In this document: one piece after another, positions 32,230 to 40,616 of the stretch | How the letters are laid out: each line of letters starts with the position of its first letter | Numbering within the stretch: position 1 is the first letter of the stretch | NCBI GenBank assembly: GCA_025055765.1 | Contig: JANWWS010000028.1 | Coordinates: forward strand, 57,216 to 121,215 | Direction of reading: 5' to 3' | DNA length: 64,000 nucleotides | Source of the DNA: Leptospiraceae bacterium | GTDB lineage: Bacteria; Spirochaetota; Leptospiria; Turneriellales; Turneriellaceae | Made by a program: the position numbers and the translations under genes | The notes under the pieces: generated by a model | Seen by the model: only the letters and a program-made list of their open reading frames with translations | Databases searched by the model: none | What the model was told of the DNA's origin: nothing

Positions 32230-33024
32230 ATGGTCTTTTTTCGGCTATGTCAAGTGTTTTTTTATCTCGCCTGGCCTTTCTATTTCTTATGGGCTGAGAA
32301 GTCCCCTGTCTACCGAGGAGGGGAGGAGAGCATAAGGACCTATAGCTGGCATGAGATCCACCATCTACGTCAAGCAGTGAAACCTCGGCCTATCTATTTA
32401 TTTGATGCAGGACTTTATGCAGAAAAGAACAAATATGCTTTGCGAGGCATTCTCTTTACGGTGGAAGCATTTGATGCCAGGCAGGTTTTCTTTGTAAGTG
32501 ATGCGCTGCATTTTCAAAAAGCACCCATGAGGCGGGGCAAGAGGGGGGTATGGTACTACTTGTATGTCCCACAGCCATTTGAGGAGGGAGAGATTGTGCG
32601 TAAAATCCGCTATAAATACCAAATTGATGGTTTTTTTACGCCCGACAAAACCCATGATGAGCGCGAAAGTGATGGGGGTGCTGGCACTGTCTCCGTTTAT
32701 TACCTTACCGAAGAAGACATTCCCTTTAAATCAGGTGTGATAGTGGGGAAAAAGAAAGGGCATGGAAGAGAAATTGTCTTTCGGCTTAAGGCTTTTGGGG
32801 CAAGGGAAGTTTCTCTTTTAGCTAGCTTTAACGGTTGGCATGGGGAGCTAGACCGCCTTGAGGAAGAAAGAGAGGGGATATTTAAATTGCGCAAACATCT
32901 CCCCTATGGGGAACATTATTATTTATATCGTGTGGATGGTAAGACCCAAATGGATCCTGAGGCAAAGGAAGTACGTTACCACCCTGTGTTTGGGCGGGTC
33001 AATGTGCTAAGGGTAAGCCCATAG
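32230..33024 (+). CDS. secreted protein with two CBM48/AMPK-beta-type glycogen-binding modules
   Basis: I start it at ATG 32230 (MVFFRLCQVFFYLAWPFYFLWA, signal-like); the track start 32137 would overlap the divergent gene. The C-terminal REIVFRLKAFGAREVSLLASFNGWHGELDRL...LPYGEHYYLYRVDGKTQMDP closely follows the CBM48 pattern. A weaker copy lies upstream. Confidence 0.55.
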   Translation: MVFFRLCQVFFYLAWPFYFLWAEKSPVYRGGEESIRTYSWHEIHHLRQAVKPRPIYLFDAGLYAEKNKYALRGILFTVEAFDARQVFFVSDALHFQKAPMRRGKRGVWYYLYVPQPFEEGEIVRKIRYKYQIDGFFTPDKTHDERESDGGAGTVSVYYLTEEDIPFKSGVIVGKKKGHGREIVFRLKAFGAREVSLLASFNGWHGELDRLEEEREGIFKLRKHLPYGEHYYLYRVDGKTQMDPEAKEVRYHPVFGRVNVLRVSP

Positions 33025-35280
33025 TTTTTGTTGGTGTTCACAGGAAAAAAAGGGTTCGCAGAGTTCACAGAAAGTGCGGTGCAAGATTTCTAAATACTTT
33101 TCTCTACTTACATGTACCTCTTCCTTGAGCGCTATTTTTTCTTCAGCAAGGTAAAGGGTCTTTTTCCCACGGTGGGAAACTAGGTAGCGGATCTTCTCGC
33201 CAGGTTTTACCGAGAAGCCTTCTTCGCGCAGCTGTTCTAGTACCTGACGGCTTTCACCCCATACGGAATACTGGGAAAGTTCTTTCCCTACGCTGCGGCG
33301 GAAAAGCAGTTTTTGCCAGCTCAGCTGCCCTGATTTTAACTCCTCCCTTGCCTCTTCGTATATGAGCCAAAAGTCTTTTTCTCTTTGTCGTACTTCAGTT
33401 ATGGTAGGGCATTGTTGCATAAGGAAAAGGATTTTTTCTTGAAATTCGGCAAAGAAGGCAGGAGTGTCTTTGCGGCGTAGAGCAATACCGCGATACTTCA
33501 TTTCGCCATTCATAAGTCGGCCAAAATAGCGGGTAGGTACCTTTAAGGCTGGGTTTTGTTTTGATGGGGGAAAGCAAAGCCAGCTATAATAGGCTTCTGC
33601 CGCAAGGGTTATTCCTGTTGCCTTTTCTACTTCTTGGCAGAGAAGTGGGGTGAGATTTTTTAAGGCTTCTTCGTCATTTAAAAATAAAAAGAGACAATCG
33701 GTCATGGCATGGAGAACCTGAAAACCCATTTGTTCGGCAATTTCTTTTGCTTTTAGTAACTTATCCCTGCCAAAGGCGGTTACAGCCTCGTGGGATTCTA
33801 ATTTACCAAACTTAGCATTGCGGTAACCTAAATAGCCAAAGGAGGTAACGAGCATCCATTTAAGGCTACTTTGCCTTTTGTCATAGATTTCTCGGTTTTG
33901 GCCAAGGGAGGCAGCTTTGGCCTTTAAGTAAGAGCGCCTTTCAAGTACCTTTTTTAAGGCACTGGCCACCACCCCCTCTCTTTGGCGGCATATGTGGTAA
34001 CTAGTGTAGGGTATCTTGGTCCCCCCTTGACGGCAACAGGAACAATTTACGGTTTCTGGAGAAATATTATGTTTTACCATAATGGTGGGGTACATTTGAG
34101 CAAAGTCTAATTGTACAGCGGGGGAAATAAGGGTTTGGTGAGGGGGCATGAAGGTGAGCCCTCCCTTGTCATGGCGTAGTAGCTCAAGAAGGGTTTTGGG
34201 GTTTTCTGCTTCACTTTTCTGCCAAGGAACAGCATAGTTCATCTTTAGGGCTGTTTCTATTTCAAGGCAGGTAAGGGCAAGTCCTGTAGAAGCCCTGGCC
34301 ATTCTCTGCACCGGCAGATGACTTAGACGGGAAAGTTCTATAATACCAACTAGGTCCGCTTCTTTATACAGGAAGCTGTTAGCAGAGTCAATATGCCATC
34401 TTCCATAAAGAGGCCAGGCAAGAGCTCTAAAGACAATATTGCCATAGCTATTGAAACTTTTCCCTCCTCGGCGATGGTGGCGCACGATCTTTAAAAGAGA
34501 GGGCCTATCGAAAAATAAATTTATACCACTTTTTTTTGCTAGGGCAAAAATCTCAGGTAAAAGAAAGAGATCACCCTGGGTAGTTAAAATAATGTCGGGA
34601 TCCCATTCTTGTAAAATAACATTGAGTTTTTTTAGAGCCGATGGACCTTCCCACAAAAGCCTTTCTTCACGAGATGGCATTTTTTCGGCTAAATTGTCTT
34701 TTTCTTGGCCAAAAGTGTCGAAGCTATAGACAAGGGGGTTTTTTGTACCAAGCGGTATGCGAGCTGCTTTTTCTTTTTTAAGCCGCAGTACTTTAAGAGG
34801 GGGGATTTCATATTCCAACTCATCTATGTTGTCATGGTTTTTAAGAGAAAAGAGGCGGCGGTTTTTTTCGTCAAAGATGGCGGTTACCCGGCAAAGGGGA
34901 AAGATGCCTTTTTGTAAGGCATAGGCAAAGGGAACCTCAAAATCAGCATGGTGGATTTCTGTTGTTCCATAGAAAGCAAAGAGTTTTTGCCGAATTTCTC
35001 TTAAGACATCAGAGCCGTTTAAGGTAAGCTTAAAAAAGGGCAAAAGGATGTTGCGGTAAAAATCTTTTTTATAGCAGATTTCTATTTTTTTAGCAAGAGC
35101 ATTTTTCTCAACTAACTGTTGCAAAAAAGCAGTGGTAGCTCTTTTCTTGCCTCTAACATAAATTTCATGGTAAAATTTGTCATAAAGATCAATTGTTTTA
35201 CCATTCTTTGTTTTAAGCCAAAGCTGTATGTCTTCACCAAAAGAATGTAGGTCAAAGACAAAGCCCTCAATCGCTGCCAT
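33007..35280 (-). CDS. family-B DNA polymerase (PolB), atypical
   Basis: Motif A LDFAQMYPTI (aa 391-400), motif B KWMLVTSFGYLGY (474-486), motif C region VLHAMTDCLF (522-531), then PTRYFG and RGIALRRKD in the thumb. See findings for the substituted exonuclease and motif C residues. Confidence 0.8.
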   Translation of the reverse strand: MAAIEGFVFDLHSFGEDIQLWLKTKNGKTIDLYDKFYHEIYVRGKKRATTAFLQQLVEKNALAKKIEICYKKDFYRNILLPFFKLTLNGSDVLREIRQKLFAFYGTTEIHHADFEVPFAYALQKGIFPLCRVTAIFDEKNRRLFSLKNHDNIDELEYEIPPLKVLRLKKEKAARIPLGTKNPLVYSFDTFGQEKDNLAEKMPSREERLLWEGPSALKKLNVILQEWDPDIILTTQGDLFLLPEIFALAKKSGINLFFDRPSLLKIVRHHRRGGKSFNSYGNIVFRALAWPLYGRWHIDSANSFLYKEADLVGIIELSRLSHLPVQRMARASTGLALTCLEIETALKMNYAVPWQKSEAENPKTLLELLRHDKGGLTFMPPHQTLISPAVQLDFAQMYPTIMVKHNISPETVNCSCCRQGGTKIPYTSYHICRQREGVVASALKKVLERRSYLKAKAASLGQNREIYDKRQSSLKWMLVTSFGYLGYRNAKFGKLESHEAVTAFGRDKLLKAKEIAEQMGFQVLHAMTDCLFLFLNDEEALKNLTPLLCQEVEKATGITLAAEAYYSWLCFPPSKQNPALKVPTRYFGRLMNGEMKYRGIALRRKDTPAFFAEFQEKILFLMQQCPTITEVRQREKDFWLIYEEAREELKSGQLSWQKLLFRRSVGKELSQYSVWGESRQVLEQLREEGFSVKPGEKIRYLVSHRGKKTLYLAEEKIALKEEVHVSREKYLEILHRTFCELCEPFFSCEHQQKLWAYP

Positions 35281-35548
35281 GGTTTTTTTGTAGTTTTTCT
35301 TGAAGTTTCGCTAGCTCAATTTCTAGCTTTCTTTGGCGTTGCTGGAGTTCTATAAGGGCAGAAAGCAGTACCGCATCCATGGGGTTGGGGAAAGCTGCTA
35401 AGGCCCCACTTTGGAGTTGCCTTAAGGCACTATTAAAGATTTCATCAAAGAGCAGCTGCTCTTCTTTTCTAAGTCCTCGACGGTAGAGGAAGAGACGTTC
35501 CTTTAGGTAGTCTACCTGAAGGCTAAAGGGTAAGATAGTACGGCCCAT
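35267..35548 (-). CDS. hypothetical helical protein (93 aa) coupled to polB
   Basis: Overlaps the polB start by 14 nt. C-terminal coiled-coil-like QQRQRKLEIELAKLQEKLQK. No recognisable family. Confidence 0.5.
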   Translation of the reverse strand: MGRTILPFSLQVDYLKERLFLYRRGLRKEEQLLFDEIFNSALRQLQSGALAAFPNPMDAVLLSALIELQQRQRKLEIELAKLQEKLQKNHGSD

Positions 35549-35556
35549 ACATCCCC

Positions 35557-36072
35557 CTAAAAAATACGTATTTTTTGTAAAGTATTTTTAGATGGGCCAA
35601 GCCGGTACGACTCTTTGGCTATCTTAAGTAGTTGGGGAAAATGTGAGCGAAAGACAGGGTGCTCATAGCTTTCTTTTTCTACCACAAGCAGGTGCTGTTT
35701 TTGAGCAAGGGAAGACCAGATTTGGTAAAGCTTTCCTAATAAAAACATGCTTTCCTTAAAACCTACATCGCCGTCAAAAAACTGTTTATGGGGAGCTAAA
35801 AAAACAGGGAGGATTTCGGGAGTTAGTTCTTGGGTTACCGTGAGAATCTGGTAGGGGGTAAAGAGTCTTTGGATGGTAATATGAGAGAGAATAACATCAG
35901 GGTTTAAAAAATGCCGCTGGCTTTCTTCCACTATGGCAAAAAGGTTTAGTCGGATAGCACAATCTAAAATATGTACCCTAAAGTTCTGCTTAACGAGAGA
36001 GATGAAAAGTTGTTGTACCCTGGCAAACACATACTCGCTTTTCCCATAAAAAAGTATTAGTCCCCGATGCAT
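35557..36072 (-). CDS. hypothetical protein, possible degenerate RecA/SulA/ImuA-like fold
   Basis: The track start is TTG at 36078; an ATG two codons later (36072) gives MHRGLILFYGKSEY.... The beta-strand/GKS/helix/RVHILD/...VFLAP...FFDGD arrangement suggests a RecA-superfamily core with an imperfect Walker A. By eye only. Confidence 0.35.
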   Translation of the reverse strand: MHRGLILFYGKSEYVFARVQQLFISLVKQNFRVHILDCAIRLNLFAIVEESQRHFLNPDVILSHITIQRLFTPYQILTVTQELTPEILPVFLAPHKQFFDGDVGFKESMFLLGKLYQIWSSLAQKQHLLVVEKESYEHPVFRSHFPQLLKIAKESYRLGPSKNTLQKIRIF

Positions 36073-36111
36073 AGGCAAAGGGGAGTATATACTTATTATT
36101 TGTAAAGTATT

Positions 36112-37350
36112 TTAGGGGAGGGGCTGCTCTCGTAAGGCTTCTTCTTTATCGGCTCCCTCGTAAAAGCGGTCGGAAAATTGGGACAGACGGTAACTTAGGG
36201 TTTCATAGTCCCCCACCACACCCCCTATAGCGGAATGGGGGGGAACTTTGGTTGTATCTGCCCGTGTGGGGTTTTGGGCAATTTGAGCAAGTTCCTCTGG
36301 GCTAAAATTGATATTGTTGCGGTAGCCCCGTAAGTGTTTTAGTACAAAAACACCTTCCCTTCCCTTTTCGTGAAAAATGCGGCCAAAAAAGAGAAGACTT
36401 ACTCTTCTTATGCCACTTTTTAGCTCCCCGTTGAAGTAGGCCCAGTGCATAGGTTCATCTGTTTCTTTATGGAAAAGATTGGCTTCAATAATATAGTGGC
36501 CTCCCTGATGTACCATAAGCTCTACATCAAGGTAAAGAGAGCCATCTTGTAGGTATTCATAGATGCGTCCTGTAAATTCCGCTGGTGCCCGTGGGGTTGA
36601 GAGAAAAACCTGCGATTCAACAAAAGTCTCCTCGCCCACTCTAAAGACGACTTCCAGAGTAAGCTCCCCCCAGTAAAGGCGTGTAGTCTCTGCTGGCTGC
36701 CATTCAAAAGTATAAATGAGATCCGCTGCGACATCGGGGGGATCCCCACGATCGTTAAAACGAGGTGGGTTCAATACCTGCTGCCCGGTTTTGACGTCAG
36801 AGAGTACGCGGGCTCTTTCTATTTTTATGGGCATTCTTTGTTTGGTCTTGCTCTCTAATACTTCGAGGTATAAAATAAACTTTTCTTTGCCTGTCACACT
36901 GTGCCGGGGACCCCAAAAATGAACTTCGTACTCCGCTGGGCCTAAGTCTTGGGGATTGAGCTGGCCCAGGCGCAGCTTTTCTTTTATCTTCGGTGAATAA
37001 AGCGGCAAGGGATTATTTTCAAGCCGTATTGGTTCCATGAGATCTTGCATATGCCGCTCTAAAGGCCTAGAATTAGGGGGGTAGCGGTAATAAAGTTCTA
37101 GGATGGCTCTCTCGGCCTGTGGGGTTGGGGCTGCTTCGCGTGCGATTTGCTGTAAGAGAGCTGTGTTGCTCAGAGTTGCCCAAGACTTTTCCCAAGGCAA
37201 GGCTGAGCTTCTTTTTTCGTATAGCTCTCGCTCAAGCTGTTGGATTTTGCGCTGGACCTCTTCTTCTCGTTGTTCGTTGTAGAGCAACCAAAATAAAGCT
37301 ACCGCAGTTAAGACAAACAAAAGAGCTGCCCACCGGTTCTTGTGAGGCAC
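36112..37350 (-). CDS. membrane-anchored hypothetical protein
   Basis: 412 aa. N-terminal TM anchor (WAALLFVLTAVALFWLL), then a coiled-coil and a beta-rich region. No recognisable family. Confidence 0.55.
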   Translation of the reverse strand: MPHKNRWAALLFVLTAVALFWLLYNEQREEEVQRKIQQLERELYEKRSSALPWEKSWATLSNTALLQQIAREAAPTPQAERAILELYYRYPPNSRPLERHMQDLMEPIRLENNPLPLYSPKIKEKLRLGQLNPQDLGPAEYEVHFWGPRHSVTGKEKFILYLEVLESKTKQRMPIKIERARVLSDVKTGQQVLNPPRFNDRGDPPDVAADLIYTFEWQPAETTRLYWGELTLEVVFRVGEETFVESQVFLSTPRAPAEFTGRIYEYLQDGSLYLDVELMVHQGGHYIIEANLFHKETDEPMHWAYFNGELKSGIRRVSLLFFGRIFHEKGREGVFVLKHLRGYRNNINFSPEELAQIAQNPTRADTTKVPPHSAIGGVVGDYETLSYRLSQFSDRFYEGADKEEALREQPLP

Positions 37351-37397
37351 ACCCCATAAAAGATAAGCGCATCTAAGCCGTCAATCCCTTGGTAAAC

Positions 37398-38168
37398 TTA
37401 GAAAAGTAGGCGCGCCATGCGCTTGCGGTATTCGGCTACTTGTGGATGCTGGGGTCCCATGGCATTAAAAAGATCCACCAATTTTTGCCTGATCTTTTCC
37501 TTTTCTTCACTACTGGAAGCGTTCTCTAATTCTTGCAAGAGTTTTTGGGCTAAAACATCAGGATTTTCAGAGAAAAGCTTTTTAATTTCGTGAAATTCAC
37601 CAGCTTTTAGCTGTTCTAAGAGACGATGTTTGCGATCTGAATATGGACTACCATAAGCAGAGATGAGCTCAAGCGCCTCCCTAAATTCTTCTTCCTTTAA
37701 GGTGCTGCCAAAGGCTTCTAACCATTGCCAAATCACCTCATCTCTCTTGGTTGAAGAAAATGCTTTCTTGATCTCAGAAAAAGCCGCTTCTTTTTTTTTC
37801 TCTTCGATAAATTTACGGGCACTTTGCAAATGGGGGTTCGGTAGATGTTCGGCTAAAAAGGCTTTTACGGCACTTTCTGGCAAAGCACCGACAAACTCAC
37901 CAATAACTCGTCCCTGGTAGAAGAGCTTTACGGCCGGGATGCCCTGAATCCGGTATTCCATAGCCAGCCGGGGGCAAAGTTCTGTATTTACCTTCACCAG
38001 TTGAAAGAATCCCTGGAATTCCTGAGCCACTTTCTCCAAAATAGGACCTAGAATACGGCATGGGCCGCACCATTCGGCCCAAAAGTCAACGAGCACGGGT
38101 ATTTTGTAGCTAGCCTCTAAGACCTCTTGGTGGAAATCTTCTTCTTGGATATCCTTTACGGCAACCAT
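37398..38168 (-). CDS. thioredoxin-domain protein with TPR-like C-terminal domain (YbbN/CnoX-like)
   Basis: WAEWCGPCR active site in the N-terminal Trx fold, plus a ~150-aa helical C-terminal extension, as in YbbN-type co-chaperones. Confidence 0.75.
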   Translation of the reverse strand: MVAVKDIQEEDFHQEVLEASYKIPVLVDFWAEWCGPCRILGPILEKVAQEFQGFFQLVKVNTELCPRLAMEYRIQGIPAVKLFYQGRVIGEFVGALPESAVKAFLAEHLPNPHLQSARKFIEEKKKEAAFSEIKKAFSSTKRDEVIWQWLEAFGSTLKEEEFREALELISAYGSPYSDRKHRLLEQLKAGEFHEIKKLFSENPDVLAQKLLQELENASSSEEKEKIRQKLVDLFNAMGPQHPQVAEYRKRMARLLF

Positions 38169-38207
38169 GGCATCAATATAATATACCCTCCAAGGTATGT
38201 CTCTTTT

Positions 38208-38654
38208 TCATGATAGGAGTTCTCGTGCAATTTGAGAAGCAAGCTTACCATCAAATAGACCCTCGTGATTCTCTTTTAGGTATTTCATAGCATCCCCAAT
38301 GGTCTTTGCTCCTGAGTTTTTAATAATTTCTCTTAACTCCTCAGCGGTTAACTGGCGGGGGAGGAAAGACTCTAAAATGGCCTTTTCTCTTTCCATTTGT
38401 AGTTTTTGCTCGGCGGTGAGCTTTCCTTCTCGTGCGTACTCTAGATTTTCTTCAACTGACTTTAAAAACTGGCGCACTACCTTATAGACATCCTGGTCGC
38501 TAACAGCTCTATGGCCTTCATTAATGGCGATATTTTTTACCTGGGAGATGACGGTTGTTAAGAGATTAGCTTTTTGACTGTCTTTTTCTTTGCGCGCTTT
38601 CAAGGCCTCTTTTTGCAGTTGTTCCCAGACCACAAGGCAAAACACACTAGGCAC
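38208..38654 (-). CDS. GatB/YqeY-domain protein
   Basis: LKEALKARKEKD...LLTTVISQVKN...LTAEELREIIK...GKLASQIAREL match the YqeY family pattern. The true start may lie a few codons downstream. Confidence 0.8.
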   Translation of the reverse strand: MPSVFCLVVWEQLQKEALKARKEKDSQKANLLTTVISQVKNIAINEGHRAVSDQDVYKVVRQFLKSVEENLEYAREGKLTAEQKLQMEREKAILESFLPRQLTAEELREIIKNSGAKTIGDAMKYLKENHEGLFDGKLASQIARELLS

Positions 38655-38721
38655 TCAGCCCGTCAAGGAATTAGCCGAGCCAAGTCCTTATGGAAAAGTC
38701 CTAAAATCCTTGAGAAAAGAC

Positions 38722-38750
38722 TTGACCCCTCGGGCTATTTTGTTTAAACT
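38722..38750 (+). promoter_or_regulatory. candidate sigma-70-type promoter
   Basis: TTGACC (38722-38727), a 17-nt spacer, then TAAACT (38745-38750). The ATG at 38757 sits 7 nt after the -10 element, which is the geometry of a leaderless transcript. Confidence 0.4.
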
Positions 38751-38927
38751 TAAATTATGCACGTAGAACAAATTAGCCAGGCTCCTCCTCCCATGGAAAC
38801 CCAGGCCTTGCGTCAACAGCCGGAGCAAAAGCCCCCAGAGGCTGTGGATACGGGCGCGGCTGGCACGCAAAACCCGCCTCCACGAGAGCGGCTTGTGGAT
38901 GTCTATGCCTAATGCCGATACTATAAT

Positions 38928-39743
38928 ATGCCGGTTGACGCAGAGACGAAGAAAAAGTACAACGATCTCATAGCGGGCCAAAAAAAGGAGATTGCGGACT
39001 TAGAAAAAGAAATATCTCTCTTAAGACGGCAGATTAACGTAAATAAAAAACTAGAACCTTTTTATCGGTTAAAAATCATATCCCTTTATTTAAAGCAGGC
39101 TAATCTCTACCTCGAAATGAGCAATCTCTCGGAATCCATGATGAACATCAAAAATCACTCCTATTTAGATAACGGTGCACGAAAGCTTGTCTATAAAATT
39201 CTCTCTGAGGGGGAAAGCATTGTCACGGCAGAAATCGACGAACCCCTTGACCATAACCGGGAGCAATTAGATAAGTTAAAGCCCTTTAATCCACGCCAGA
39301 GACTTAATCTCTATAAACACATTAAGCGACTCATTGAGCGGCTCATCCAGGCATATGGTCCCAACACGAAGTGGCAGTGGTCTTTTCCCGAGTTATGGAG
39401 CAAATCAGCAGTGTTATTGAAAAACCTCATTGACTTTCGCGAGGTGCAGGCCATAAGGGATCCTCGTGAGGAGTTCTATTATGACCGGCAAGAAATGCTT
39501 GAATTAGTCAAAGAGGATCTCTTTCAAGCTTCAAACCATTATCGAGACAAGTTTGAACTTTCTACAAAGTCGCCCAATGATATATTGCACGCCATAAAGC
39601 TACTTGAGGCACTTAAACGAATTGCCAGTCTCATGGGCGATACAGAACTTGTGAAGCGCTGCAAGTCGGGAATAGAGGCCTATCGTTCCCGCATTGAAGC
39701 CGACGAAAAAGAAAAAGAGAAGAAAAAAGCAAAATCAAAGTAA
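38928..39743 (+). CDS. hypothetical helical protein
   Basis: 271 aa, coiled-coil-rich with a Lys-rich tail. No recognisable family. Confidence 0.55.
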   Translation: MPVDAETKKKYNDLIAGQKKEIADLEKEISLLRRQINVNKKLEPFYRLKIISLYLKQANLYLEMSNLSESMMNIKNHSYLDNGARKLVYKILSEGESIVTAEIDEPLDHNREQLDKLKPFNPRQRLNLYKHIKRLIERLIQAYGPNTKWQWSFPELWSKSAVLLKNLIDFREVQAIRDPREEFYYDRQEMLELVKEDLFQASNHYRDKFELSTKSPNDILHAIKLLEALKRIASLMGDTELVKRCKSGIEAYRSRIEADEKEKEKKKAKSK

Positions 39744-39783
39744 AAAAATTGGCTCTTTTGCTATAGCACAGTATATTAGCCCT

Positions 39784-40041
39784 GTGAAAGATTTGGTACT
39801 CTATTATTATGAGGAATGTCCCTATTGCCAGAGGGTTCTACGTTATCTTGAAGAGAAAAACATTAAGCTTAAAATGAAAAATACGCGACGTGATAATGCG
39901 GCACGAGAAGAGCTTTTGCGTCTTGGAGGCAAAACACAGGTGCCCTGTCTTATGATAGATGGCAAGCCGCTCTATGAATCCCTCGATATCATTGACTGGT
40001 TAGAAAAAAACATAGTTTATGTTCCGCGAGCTTTACGATAA
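39784..40041 (+). CDS. glutaredoxin-like protein (CPYC)
   Basis: The track ORF starts at 39694, inside the previous gene. I prefer the in-frame GTG at 39784 (VKDLVLYYYEECPYCQRV...). Has a CPYC active site and TQVPCLMIDGKPL. Confidence 0.7.
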   Translation: MKDLVLYYYEECPYCQRVLRYLEEKNIKLKMKNTRRDNAAREELLRLGGKTQVPCLMIDGKPLYESLDIIDWLEKNIVYVPRALR

Positions 40042-40294
40042 AGTTAAAGAAAAAATCAAATTAAAAATACCTCATGCGGAAGTATATATTCGGGACCCAC
40101 TGAAAGATGGGGCCCATCTCGAAGCTCTTGTCATTGCCCCCGAGTTTCAGGGACTTTCCCTGCTTGCCCAGCACCGGCTGGTAAAAGAAGCTCTAGGGGA
40201 TCTTTTGGGCAACGAGTTGCATGCCCTAGCCCTGAAGACCTTCACCCCGGAAAAATGGGAAAAAGAAAAAGAGTTCTATATATTAAAGGAGTAG
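40019..40294 (+). CDS. BolA-family protein
   Basis: GAHLEALVIAPEFQGLSLLAQHRLV...LHALALKTFTPEKW is a typical BolA core. Confidence 0.8.
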   Translation: MFRELYDKVKEKIKLKIPHAEVYIRDPLKDGAHLEALVIAPEFQGLSLLAQHRLVKEALGDLLGNELHALALKTFTPEKWEKEKEFYILKE

Positions 40295-40298
40295 TGTT

Positions 40299-40616
40299 AT
40301 GATGGACTTAACGGAGGTAAAAAAACAAATTGAGCAGGACATTCGGCAAAATCGAATTATCCTCTACATGAAAGGGGAGCGCCATATGCCTCGCTGTGGC
40401 TTTTCAGCACGTGTGGTTGAGATCCTAGAACAATACGGAGTGGATTTCGCCACAAGGGATGTACTAAAAAGCGAGGCACTACGCCAGGCAATTAAGGAAT
40501 ATTCCAACTGGCCCACCTTGCCGCAGCTTTATGTCAACGGTGAATTTATTGGCGGCTGCGATATTGTCACAGAACTCCATGAAAGCGGGGAGCTGAAAAA
40601 GATTTTAGGTGTTTAG
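40299..40616 (+). CDS. grxD: monothiol glutaredoxin (Grx4 family)
   Basis: CGFS active site (PRCGFSARVVEIL), WPTLPQLYVNGEFIGGCDI. Confidence 0.9.
   Translation: MMDLTEVKKQIEQDIRQNRIILYMKGERHMPRCGFSARVVEILEQYGVDFATRDVLKSEALRQAIKEYSNWPTLPQLYVNGEFIGGCDIVTELHESGELKKILGV

Noticed and set aside
31467-32335. Long alternative-frame ORFs (173 aa on plus, 115 aa on minus, 64 aa on plus) over the 5' third of the 1027-aa gene
   Set aside because: They coincide exactly with the Pro/Glu-rich low-complexity coding region. Their Gly/Ser- or Leu/Pro-rich translations are the expected frame and strand shadows of CCN/GAR repeats.
38922-38927. Consensus TATAAT abutting the ATG of the 271-aa gene (and similarly 16916-16921 before gltB)
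   Set aside because: It is too close to the start codon to be that gene's own -10 element. AT-rich hexamers are expected by chance in intergenic DNA. It is kept only as context in the related findings.
38688-38981. 97-aa minus-strand ORF spanning the yqeY/38928 intergenic region
   Set aside because: The composition is Arg/Leu-rich, as is typical of antisense shadows. It runs across the start of the plus-strand gene and is antisense to the GC-rich small plus-strand ORF. It has no SD and no recognisable motif.
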